Part shown: piece by piece, positions 28,451 through 37,133 of the stretch
Layout of the letters: every line of letters starts with the position of its first letter
Numbering within the stretch: the first letter of the stretch is position 1
DNA from: an uncultured Christensenella sp.
Lineage (GTDB): Bacteria; Bacillota; Clostridia; Christensenellales; UBA1242
Reading direction: 5' to 3'
Length of the DNA: 64,000 bases
NCBI GenBank assembly: GCA_949293905.1
Contig: CASFFG010000002.1
Location: 114,511 to 178,510 of the forward strand
Notes under the pieces: model-generated
The model's input: the letters and a program-made list of their open reading frames with translations, nothing else
The model's database searches: none
What the model was told of the DNA's origin: nothing
Translations under genes and position numbers: made by a program

Positions 28451-29260
28451 CTATACATAATCAATAAATTTTCTTCTAAGTGGCATATAAACTGCTAGTC
28501 CAATGACTAAACTAATCAACCCTAATAAGTATAAAAGCCCTAATATTTTCCAAGACGGCATGCCAGCGCCGACATTACACATAGCGTAAACTGAATCTCT
28601 AAAATATTTAAGGAAATAATACATAGGATTTAGTTTTAGTATCTTATACGAAATTGAATCTGGACTTATACTTTCTAACTTATAGAATACGGGGGTTATA
28701 TATGTCCAAAGCGTTAAGAATACATCATATAAATATTTAATGTCACGACAGAACACATACAACGCAGAAAGGAAAAGCGAAATGCCATACTGGAATAATA
28801 AGAATGCTGGTAACATTAAAATTATTCCAACCATTTGATAGCCAAATAGTACATGCCCGCCAAATACTTGCATACATATCATAATAATAATTAATGAAAT
28901 CATTGAGAACGCAAAATTCACAAGGGACGATAATGTACTTGAGAGTGGGAACAAATAATGGTCAATCTTTACCTTTGTTATAAGTCCGCGGTTGTTGACA
29001 ATTGATGTTAGCGACATGGAAGTGGAACTTCTAAGAAATTGGAACAGTACGTTACCAGTAAGTAAATAGATAGGATATAGTGGGTCGTTTCGTCCAAAAA
29101 ATTGACTAAACACGAGCCACATAACTCCCATGTTTAAAAGCGGATTTAATACCGACCAAATAACACCCAATATAGAATTCCTATATTGAGTTTTAACATT
29201 TTTGTGTATTAATTCATGGACAATGTTTCTATTCTTTGCCCACCTTGATATTGTCGCCAT
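28451..29260 (-). CDS. ABC-2 type polysaccharide export permease (Wzm/TagG-like)
   Basis: Six-TM ABC-2 topology immediately upstream of the ATPase gene. GGAG RBS. Confidence 0.85.
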   Translation of the reverse strand: MATISRWAKNRNIVHELIHKNVKTQYRNSILGVIWSVLNPLLNMGVMWLVFSQFFGRNDPLYPIYLLTGNVLFQFLRSSTSMSLTSIVNNRGLITKVKIDHYLFPLSSTLSSLVNFAFSMISLIIIMICMQVFGGHVLFGYQMVGIILMLPAFLLFQYGISLFLSALYVFCRDIKYLYDVFLTLWTYITPVFYKLESISPDSISYKILKLNPMYYFLKYFRDSVYAMCNVGAGMPSWKILGLLYLLGLISLVIGLAVYMPLRRKFIDYV

Positions 29261-29309
29261 TACTTCTCCGCTATAATTATTATTTAAAAAATTAAAAATC
29301 TATAATAAG

Positions 29310-29338
29310 ATGATATAAATTATCGCGAAATTTGTCAA
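29310..29338 (-). promoter_or_regulatory. promoter of wzm-wzt-like genes
   Basis: Minus strand: TTGACA (29338-29333), 17-nt spacer, TATCAT (29315-29310). Followed by a leader of about 45 nt with an RBS. Confidence 0.55.
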
Positions 29339-29400
29339 CTCTTTATTTCTTTTATTCAAAATATTGTAAAATGACATGATTTTGTGTTTTAAACTAAGTT

Positions 29401-30015
29401 TTATAATTCTGCATATTTATAATAATCTTTAAATCGTTTTTCTAACGATGTTGCATCACCGCTTCTCTTAAATCCATGCTTTAATGACCAAATCCTCCAT
29501 TTGTTATGCAATTTTATACATGGAATATACGCTTGTGCATTAGGAATAATTTCTAAATCTTGGATATATGGACAATTCATTATTAGGAAAAATCTATATC
29601 CAAGAAGGGTATTAATATTAGATATCTTTACATTATTGTTTAATAAATCTAGCGCAATTCCGTTAAAATAACACAAATAATTTCTTATACTTGTGATATC
29701 ATCTTTGGTGAAAAGATTTACATTTCTTCTTTTAATACATTCTAACTTATACTGAATTAATTTATTCGTTGGGACATCAATAAATTGAGCGTAGGCAGTG
29801 ACTATTTCGTTACATAAATCAATGGCACTATTTTTCTTATACTCAACTACTGAAGCAAACGCACCTATGACTGTCGCTAATAAAGTTACAATATCCGCAA
29901 AAACATTGGAAACATTGGTGAAAAGATAAACGAAAAACATGCTAATCAACAATGCAACACATAAGGTTATTAGTGAAATATATACAAATCTATCTTTATT
30001 TTCTCTTTTCTTCAT
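29401..30015 (-). CDS. 2-TM membrane protein, tandem paralog B (unknown family, possibly DUF4760-like)
   Basis: Two N-terminal TM helices, then a helical domain. Shares the motif YL.(F/Y)F..I...G..FF..MN..YIQ..EIIP....YI..IK....W....LK with the upstream gene. AAGGAG RBS. Overlaps the upstream gene by 20 nt. Confidence 0.5.
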   Translation of the reverse strand: MKKRENKDRFVYISLITLCVALLISMFFVYLFTNVSNVFADIVTLLATVIGAFASVVEYKKNSAIDLCNEIVTAYAQFIDVPTNKLIQYKLECIKRRNVNLFTKDDITSIRNYLCYFNGIALDLLNNNVKISNINTLLGYRFFLIMNCPYIQDLEIIPNAQAYIPCIKLHNKWRIWSLKHGFKRSGDATSLEKRFKDYYKYAEL

Positions 30016-30643
30016 AAAGGCTCCTTAAAAGTGATTTATAATCTAAGGGTGAATTTGGATATGGTGTTTCAATCGCATATTTCAGCCTATAATTATACCA
30101 ATCTTTATACATTTTAATTATATTTATATAATGTTCTTTGTAAGGGATTATTTCTCTATTTTGGATATATTTATTATTCATGGCTACAAAAAACTCTTCT
30201 CCAAAGCAATCGTCCAAATCTCTTAAGGATATAGTCCCAGAAAAATACATTACTCCAATATTTTCAAAAAATTCCAGATACTCGATAATATTTACAGAGT
30301 CGTCATATATAAAATTTTCTAAATCTCTAGTTGTGTCCTTACGCCCGATTTTTCCGTCAACAGAAAAATCTTTTTTGTTATCTGTCCGCTTTAATTTATC
30401 TCTAAGATAGACGAGCCCGTCAGATTTTAAAAATACATTATTTAGATTCAAAATTAATTCGCTAGAAGTTTTCACACTTGCTTTCTTTAATTGAATCCAA
30501 ATTACTACTGCTCCTAATGTGGTAATAATTGTTGTTATCAAAGACGAAATAATTGCCCCTATCGTTTCGGTTAACATAGCAAAAATAACGGCTACAACCA
30601 CCACTATACATGAAGTATATATGATTACATTACTTTTTCTCAT
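29996..30643 (-). CDS. 2-TM membrane protein, tandem paralog A (unknown family, possibly DUF4760-like)
   Basis: Two N-terminal TM helices. C-terminal domain IIEYLEFFENIGVMYFSGTISLRDLDDCFGEEFFVAMNNKYIQNREIIP is homologous to the downstream gene. ATGA start/stop overlap with the HAD-like gene. Confidence 0.5.
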   Translation of the reverse strand: MRKSNVIIYTSCIVVVVAVIFAMLTETIGAIISSLITTIITTLGAVVIWIQLKKASVKTSSELILNLNNVFLKSDGLVYLRDKLKRTDNKKDFSVDGKIGRKDTTRDLENFIYDDSVNIIEYLEFFENIGVMYFSGTISLRDLDDCFGEEFFVAMNNKYIQNREIIPYKEHYINIIKMYKDWYNYRLKYAIETPYPNSPLDYKSLLRSLYEEKRK

Positions 30644-31422
30644 AAGTGTGTTCCTTTTAATTTTAAAATATTTTTAAGCCCTTTTATAACACCTTGAATG
30701 TTGCTTTTGTCTACATCAATAATATTGCTTTCATCAATTCTCTCATTTAATAAAGATATAAAGTATTTTTCGCAATTTAAATTTACTTTTAACATATTCA
30801 TATCTTCTAAACTATCACCGCTCATTATAACTAATCTAGCATCGTTGACATTGCTCATATAAAACTGAACAAAGTTTCTTTTAGTAAGATTTGGATTTTT
30901 TATATCTATACCACAGCCGAATTTGTCATTATAAATTTCATACTCAACATCACTTAGTTGTTCAAAGCATTCGTTTATAAAATTCTTTTCATTCTCACTT
31001 ATCTTATCTAGTTTAACTGAAGAATATAATTTATAACGCTTGTCCAACTTGAAATTATATTTCCTTAATATCTTTTTTAATTTAATCAAATTATTTTGTG
31101 ACAAAGGGAAATTTAGCGCATTTAAACTGTTAAAATCGTTGTTAAGAATATATCCGCCATATTCATATCCAACCCCCGCTATCATATCTTCACATTCAAA
31201 ATCTTTAAATGCGAAAAGTAAATTTTCTAGAATATACTTAGCGGTTTCTTTTGCTGAACCAGTAATTATTATTAATTTAATATTTGCCCTAAATGTTTTT
31301 TCTAATTCTTTTAAAACACTAATAAAATCATTAACTCTTTTCTTATTCAGTTTGTAATTATCAAGAAGTTCATTACATGTATTTACCCAATCTAAGAACA
31401 AATAAATAGTTTTGTTTGCCAT
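30640..31422 (-). CDS. HAD-IIB (Cof)-like protein with atypical motif I
   Basis: Motif I reads FLDWVNT (DxV instead of DxD). Motif II is IIITGS and motif IV is GDSLEDMNML. First gene of a three-gene unit. Confidence 0.5.
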   Translation of the reverse strand: MANKTIYLFLDWVNTCNELLDNYKLNKKRVNDFISVLKELEKTFRANIKLIIITGSAKETAKYILENLLFAFKDFECEDMIAGVGYEYGGYILNNDFNSLNALNFPLSQNNLIKLKKILRKYNFKLDKRYKLYSSVKLDKISENEKNFINECFEQLSDVEYEIYNDKFGCGIDIKNPNLTKRNFVQFYMSNVNDARLVIMSGDSLEDMNMLKVNLNCEKYFISLLNERIDESNIIDVDKSNIQGVIKGLKNILKLKGTHL

Positions 31423-31428
31423 AATATT

Positions 31429-31457
31429 ATTATATAAATTACCATTATGCTAGTCAA
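31429..31457 (-). promoter_or_regulatory. consensus promoter, leaderless configuration, of the HAD-like/2xTM unit
   Basis: Minus strand: TTGACT (31457-31452), 17-nt spacer, TATAAT (31434-31429), 6 nt (AATATT), ATG at 31422. Confidence 0.65.
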
Positions 31458-31479
31458 GTTTCAATTAATATTGCTATGA

Positions 31480-33018
31480 TTACATGTTCTCGCTGTTAGG
31501 GTGTTTACTAAGTCCGGGCATTAGGTTCATTTTCCCTGCGATTACTAAAACATATCCCGCGCCCGTTTTGATTTCTAAATCTTTAACATGAAAATCAAAA
31601 TCTTTTGGTTCACCTTTTAGTTTTTCGTCATCGCTTAATGAATACTGCGTTTTTGCTATAACTATTGGATAATTTTTTACTAAAATTTCAAACTTTTCCA
31701 TTTTCTTGGTAGCAATATCGGTAAAAATTACATTCTTCGCGCCATATATATTTTTTGCTATAGAAATTATTTTATCTCTTATACTATCACGCAAATCATA
31801 TGCATACTTTAATTTCGTTGTTCTTTTGTCAGCCATTTTTACGACTTCTTCTGCCAAGGACATACACCCGCACGACTTTGTATACGGCTCGCAAGGAATT
31901 GCTTTTATTCCTAGTCCTTTACAGTAATCTATAACTAAGTTTATTTCATCTATTTTATCGTCATCAAATTTATTAATAGCGACTATAGGAGTTTTGTTAT
32001 AAACTTTGACAAAATTATTGATATGCTTAGTTAAATTTTCTAATCCGCCAGACAACTCGCCGTTCGAGTCATGTTCTTTTAGTGCTCTAATAGTTATAAC
32101 AATCACGACAGCGGACGGATTTAAATCAAATTCTCTACATTTCAAATCAATAAATTTTTCTGCCCCTAAATCTGCTCCAAATCCCGCTTCGGTAACGACA
32201 TAATCACTAAGGGATAGCGCAGTCTTAGTCGCTATAATTGAATTGCAACCAATAGAAATGTTTGCAAACGGTCCACAGTGCACGAGCGCAGGGGAATTCG
32301 ATAAAGTTCTAACTAGATTTGGTTTTATTGCGTCCTTCAATAACAGCGTCATTGCGCCCTCTGCTTTAAGATCATGCGCATAAATTGGGTTCCCTGATTT
32401 TGAGAGTGCAACTAAGATATTTCCAAGTCTTAATTTTAAATCATCTAAATTTTGGGATAGACACAGTATAGTCATTATCTCACTTGCCGCGGTTATTGTA
32501 AAACTCTCGTTCCTTTCAACATTACCTTTCAATTTTTCTTTTGAGATAGTGACTTCTCTAAGTGCGCGGTCATTCATATCTATGCATCTATGAAAATAGA
32601 TTTCATTTTCGTCAATATTTAGTTCATTTCCGTGATAGATATGATTGTCAATTAGTGCGCATAGTAGATTGTTAGCACTAGTGATAGCATGAAAATCTCC
32701 AGTAAAATGAAGGTTAATATCATCACTTGGAGTAAGCGAAGATTTTCCGCCCCCTGTTGCTCCGCCTTTAACTCCAAATACGGGGCCCAAAGATGGCTCG
32801 CGAAGAGCAAGAATTGTGTTTTTGCCGAGCTCATTCATACTGTCCGCAAGTCCAATCGATACTGTGGTTTTTCCTTCTCCAAATTTCGTTGGATTTATAG
32901 AACTTACTAAAATAAGTTTTCCCTTTACTTTATCCATTGGTTCAATTTTTGCCTTATCTTCGCCATATAACTCGTATGATTTTATATTTAATTTTTTTAT
33001 AATACTCTTTATTTTCAT
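31480..33018 (-). CDS. fhs: formate--tetrahydrofolate ligase
   Basis: YGEDKAKI, PTKFGEGKTTVSIGL and GGGKS motifs along the full length. Start set to ATG 33018 (MKIKSII...) behind TAGGGAAG. The ORF-track TTG at 33060 is less likely. Confidence 0.9.
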   Translation of the reverse strand: MKIKSIIKKLNIKSYELYGEDKAKIEPMDKVKGKLILVSSINPTKFGEGKTTVSIGLADSMNELGKNTILALREPSLGPVFGVKGGATGGGKSSLTPSDDINLHFTGDFHAITSANNLLCALIDNHIYHGNELNIDENEIYFHRCIDMNDRALREVTISKEKLKGNVERNESFTITAASEIMTILCLSQNLDDLKLRLGNILVALSKSGNPIYAHDLKAEGAMTLLLKDAIKPNLVRTLSNSPALVHCGPFANISIGCNSIIATKTALSLSDYVVTEAGFGADLGAEKFIDLKCREFDLNPSAVVIVITIRALKEHDSNGELSGGLENLTKHINNFVKVYNKTPIVAINKFDDDKIDEINLVIDYCKGLGIKAIPCEPYTKSCGCMSLAEEVVKMADKRTTKLKYAYDLRDSIRDKIISIAKNIYGAKNVIFTDIATKKMEKFEILVKNYPIVIAKTQYSLSDDEKLKGEPKDFDFHVKDLEIKTGAGYVLVIAGKMNLMPGLSKHPNSENM

Positions 33019-33266
33019 TTTCTTCCCTAAACTTATTATATCAAAAATATTTAAATTCAACTAATAAATATCCTCTATTTAAATGATAAATACTTATTTT
33101 TTGGTAAAATTTATTAATTAAAATAAAAAAATACCCTTAAAAGTATTTTTGTTTAAAAAATTTAATTATTCTAATGAATTCTTATGAGAATTTAATACAT
33201 AAAAAATATAATAGAAATTATAAAATTTAATAAAAATAACATTTTTTAATATTTTTATACTGATAT

Positions 33267-34175
33267 TTATTTTTTTGATTTATTTTTATATTTCAAAATT
33301 CCCTTTTCTAAGTCAGTTGCGAGACTAAAAACCTCTCTTAAATATTCTTCCGCGCTCACATCTGCATTTCCTCGATTCATAACTTCAAAATCGAGTGAAA
33401 TGTTATCAACTTTTGCTAGTTGTTTTGCGATTTTATCCCAGTCAACATTCTCCGCCTTCTCTTTTCTCTCTACTACAAAATCAGCAACTCTATTCCAATC
33501 GACTGAATCAATCCAATCTACATGCTTTACTAAAGTTTTAACCATTCTATTATAGTCTACATCTTCACAATATTTTGTTACCGTATGCAAGTCCAAAATA
33601 CTATCATTATCGTGCAAATGTAGGGCAACTAAATTCTTTCTATAAGTTTTTAAATAATCAAAATCTCTGTTGAAGATATTATTGTGTCCCGAGTCAAAAC
33701 AGAACTTTAATTTATCATGCTTAATGTTATTAAAAACATTGACAAAGGTATCTTTATCGTTGATATTTTCTATAGCAAGCGGGATATCTAGTTTTTCACA
33801 CACATTTAAAACTTCTAGTAACCTCTTTTCTCCAATCTTAGAATATTTACCATATAGATGAACAACTACTCTTTCAAAGCCATATTTTTTGGCAAGTTTT
33901 ACATCTTTAATTAAATTCTTTTTTATTCTCTCGCCTACTTTTCCTTCTTCCCAAAAACAGTGCAAATCACTTGAATTATATCTTGCATGCAGGCTGGTAG
34001 GTTTTAAATTATATTTTTTAAATAATTTCACTTGTTTGGCAAGTGTTCCATTTTGATATTTAAACCTACTGTCTGCGCTTGACATAACTGAGGTAAATCC
34101 TGCTTCGCTAATCATTTTGGCACGCTTTTCAGGTTCTATATCCCAGCCAAAAAAGAATGTTATACCTTTATCCAT
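33267..34175 (-). CDS. xylose-isomerase-like TIM-barrel protein (sugar phosphate isomerase/epimerase family) with repeat-bearing C-terminal insert
   Basis: VVVHL, LAIENI, FCFDSGHNN and LHLHDND metal-ligand pattern. The C-terminal region carries four VD(W/Y) motifs. Confidence 0.7.
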   Translation of the reverse strand: MDKGITFFFGWDIEPEKRAKMISEAGFTSVMSSADSRFKYQNGTLAKQVKLFKKYNLKPTSLHARYNSSDLHCFWEEGKVGERIKKNLIKDVKLAKKYGFERVVVHLYGKYSKIGEKRLLEVLNVCEKLDIPLAIENINDKDTFVNVFNNIKHDKLKFCFDSGHNNIFNRDFDYLKTYRKNLVALHLHDNDSILDLHTVTKYCEDVDYNRMVKTLVKHVDWIDSVDWNRVADFVVERKEKAENVDWDKIAKQLAKVDNISLDFEVMNRGNADVSAEEYLREVFSLATDLEKGILKYKNKSKK

Positions 34176-34310
34176 ATGCTCTCCAAAAATTATGTGATGA
34201 AATAAATCAAATTTTAAAAACAGTACAAAAAACGAATGAATTATATAATTCTAAATGAAAAAATTAAAAATATTTTAATCTAATTTTATTTTTTAATTAC
34301 AACAAAAACT

Positions 34311-34357
34311 GCTGTGGAATTTTACTATACTTTTACAATACAGTAAAATTCCACTTT
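34311..34357 (-). terminator. long hairpin downstream of the aldehyde dehydrogenase gene
   Basis: Perfect 13-bp arms GTGGAATTTTACT (34314-34326) and AGTAAAATTCCAC (34342-34354). On the minus strand it is followed by CAGCAGTTTTTG. Confidence 0.6.
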
Positions 34358-34376
34358 CGTCTTTATGTAACAGAAA

Positions 34377-35810
34377 TTATCCATAAATATTTTTTAGTGT
34401 AATAGTCTTAGTCTTAGTGACTTGGTCGAATGTGCTCATAACCCCTTCTGTCCCAATTCCAGACATTTTATATCCGCCGAAAGGCATCTCGAAACTTCTA
34501 TGGAAACTAGCGCCATTGATTACCGTTCCGCCACACTCAAGTCTAGCGCAAACATCAAATGCGGTCTTCATATCTCGCGTAAACACACAACCACAAAGCC
34601 CGTAAATAGATGAATTGGCGATTTCAATCGCTTCGTCAACACTATCACACGGAATAATACTAATAACCGGAGCAAAGATTTCCTCATCTTTTGCAACATC
34701 TGCAGTCTTAGGAATATCGGTGATTATTGTTGGCTCAAGGACTGCTCCCTTAGCCTTTCCACCTAGGATAATCTTTCCGCCTTGTGCGACAACCTGTTTA
34801 ATCTGCTTAACCGCCTTTTCGCACGCAGATTTAGTAACTAAAGCGCCGATTTCCGTCTTCTTGTTCATAGGGTCACCGACTACAAGAGCACTAATTCTCT
34901 TAACTAATTTCTCTTCAAATTCTTTTAGTACATTTCTATGAACGATGAAGCGTTTACTTGCGCAACATACTTGCCCAGTATTGTACATTCTTCCCCATAC
35001 CGTTTCTTCAACAGCAAGGTCAATATCCGCGTCTTCTAACACGATAAACGCGTCATTTCCGCCCAACTCAAGAGCAACATGTGCTAAATGCTCTGCGCCA
35101 TTCAAATATGTTAATTTACCTACAGCGGTAGAACCCGTGAATGTAATTCCATGCACATCAGGGTGTTTTGCAAGTGCACTTCCAACAACGCCATCACCCG
35201 TTAAAACTTGTACAACACCATTAGGAAGCCCTGCTTCCTTTAATAGCGCAACTAGTTTGATTAATGTGAGCGGGTTTTGGTGAGGTGGTTTCACTATAAC
35301 AGTGTTTCCCGCCAAGATTGCTGGAGCAACCTTTTGGTCAAACAAGTCGCATGGGAAATTGAATGGAATTATAGCAACCATGACTCCCAACGGTTCGCGA
35401 ACGGTGAATTGTAAAGTCTTTTCCTGACCGGATTCCGTCCCCGCTGGTATAACATTTCCATATAAGTGTTTTGCCTTCTCGTTAAACGCTTTAAACGAAA
35501 TTGGAATATTTGCAATTTCGCCGTAGGCCTGAGTGATAGGTTTCCCAGTTTCTTTTGATAGAGTCTTTGCCAAATCGTCTTTATTCTCTTCCACAAGTGC
35601 GACGAATCTATCTAAAATCTCAGCCTTTTTATATACAGGGACATTCTTCCAACTAACTTGTGCTTTCTTTGCATATTCGACCGCTTTCTTTGCGTCCTTT
35701 TCATTGCAGTACGGTACGCGGTCAATAACTTTTTCGGTGTATGGATTTATAATATCCATAGTTTGTTTACTAGACGAATCAACAAATTTTCCGTTTAAAA
35801 TTATCTGCAT
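34377..35810 (-). CDS. NAD(P)-dependent aldehyde dehydrogenase
   Basis: ELGGND (catalytic Glu), GQVCCASKRF (catalytic Cys) and FTGST motifs. Its AGGAGG RBS overlaps the stop codon of the FIST gene. Confidence 0.9.
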   Translation of the reverse strand: MQIILNGKFVDSSSKQTMDIINPYTEKVIDRVPYCNEKDAKKAVEYAKKAQVSWKNVPVYKKAEILDRFVALVEENKDDLAKTLSKETGKPITQAYGEIANIPISFKAFNEKAKHLYGNVIPAGTESGQEKTLQFTVREPLGVMVAIIPFNFPCDLFDQKVAPAILAGNTVIVKPPHQNPLTLIKLVALLKEAGLPNGVVQVLTGDGVVGSALAKHPDVHGITFTGSTAVGKLTYLNGAEHLAHVALELGGNDAFIVLEDADIDLAVEETVWGRMYNTGQVCCASKRFIVHRNVLKEFEEKLVKRISALVVGDPMNKKTEIGALVTKSACEKAVKQIKQVVAQGGKIILGGKAKGAVLEPTIITDIPKTADVAKDEEIFAPVISIIPCDSVDEAIEIANSSIYGLCGCVFTRDMKTAFDVCARLECGGTVINGASFHRSFEMPFGGYKMSGIGTEGVMSTFDQVTKTKTITLKNIYG

Positions 35811-35818
35811 AATTCCTC

Positions 35819-36988
35819 CTATTTCGTAAAGGCAGTGAACGAAAGCATAAGTCCGCCGGTAGTATTTCTGCCGTCATCTTCATATCCATACTCGCCGAAT
35901 GTAAATTCCATAATAAACGGAACATCTCCTACATTCTTCTTAATTTGTTTATAGACTTCGCCGATACGCGCGTCAATTCCTGCACGACGACCGCCACAGT
36001 GAACTAAATGATAGCACACAGCAGGCTTGGTTAACTGTTTATTAAGTTTCTTTAAAGTTTCTCCTACGGACGAAATTAATTCATCAACCGTTGCTTCCAT
36101 ACGAATGACAGTTGTTCCTTCCGCAAGGTTTGCACCGATATTCATAGAATAGTCGTCATTTGCAAACATAGGGTGTCTAATTGCAATTAAATCACCAAGT
36201 CTATCCTTTACTCCAAGCGGACTAGTGATAGTTTCGCTAAGTAGTTTATCTCCCATAAGTTGACTTGTCTTCATTCCGCGCCATTGAGCATATTTCTTAA
36301 CAGCCGGAGTCCCGTCAATAGAAACGAGTTTACGTGTACCTTCAACCTTGGTGATGATACCCATATCCTTAGTCTCACGATATGCGCCAGTGAATATGTT
36401 CTTAAATCCGCCCTTCATATAAATTAGTGCAACGGCGACACCTTCGTTTGTAACTTTGCCGTCAAGGTACAATTTCCAATTACCCGAAATTGTGTTATCA
36501 GCAGCCGAACCACCAAACAGTGGAACACGACCAACCACTCTATTAGCGCCCTTTAAGAAGAATTCTTCTTCCGTAGGACTAGCGGTCATATACATTAAAT
36601 CTGGCTCATCGCTATATGGCATCTTAGTCATAGCGCGAGCGTGCTTTGTTGCGCTCTCACCTGCATCACGCGCACTTTGATATGCTTTTCTATCAGCAAA
36701 CCCAACGCCGACAATCATGTTAGGGTCGCTAAGCACCATAATGCCTACGAATGGCTCATTACCTCCAACAAACCCTTCTGGCATGATAACACCTGTAAAC
36801 GAAGTGTTACCAATAACTGGGCAGGAATAAACCTCCTTAATACCCTTAATGACATCTTTAATCTTGTAGTCACAACTCATGTATGCAAATACTAGTTTTG
36901 CATCTTTTGACCTGCCTGCCATTTTAGCGGCTTCAAGTCCCGCGGTGTACGCATCTTTGTTCTTACTAAAACCTGTTAGTGCTTTCAT
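35819..36988 (-). CDS. stand-alone FIST N+C domain protein
   Basis: 389 aa with FIST-like layout (VFAYMSCDY...CPVIGNTSFTGVI, later PLGVKD...). No output domain. Assignment by eye. AAGGAG RBS. Confidence 0.6.
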   Translation of the reverse strand: MKALTGFSKNKDAYTAGLEAAKMAGRSKDAKLVFAYMSCDYKIKDVIKGIKEVYSCPVIGNTSFTGVIMPEGFVGGNEPFVGIMVLSDPNMIVGVGFADRKAYQSARDAGESATKHARAMTKMPYSDEPDLMYMTASPTEEEFFLKGANRVVGRVPLFGGSAADNTISGNWKLYLDGKVTNEGVAVALIYMKGGFKNIFTGAYRETKDMGIITKVEGTRKLVSIDGTPAVKKYAQWRGMKTSQLMGDKLLSETITSPLGVKDRLGDLIAIRHPMFANDDYSMNIGANLAEGTTVIRMEATVDELISSVGETLKKLNKQLTKPAVCYHLVHCGGRRAGIDARIGEVYKQIKKNVGDVPFIMEFTFGEYGYEDDGRNTTGGLMLSFTAFTK

Positions 36989-37133
36989 CTTTTTTATCTC
37001 CTTTTATTTTTTCTTAAAGTAGAGCGTAAATCTTAAGTTATTAAGTTGTATTTATTACCACAATTAAAATAAGATATGGCTTGATCTCAATTAATTGTAA
37101 TAACCGATTAAATAGATATGTAATTTAACAATA

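Noticed and set aside
29261-31479. Mobile-element or prophage origin for the HAD-like/2xTM insert
   Set aside because: There are no flanking direct or inverted repeats, no integrase or transposase, and no tRNA target. Composition looks like the surrounding DNA. It is therefore treated only as an orphan operon.
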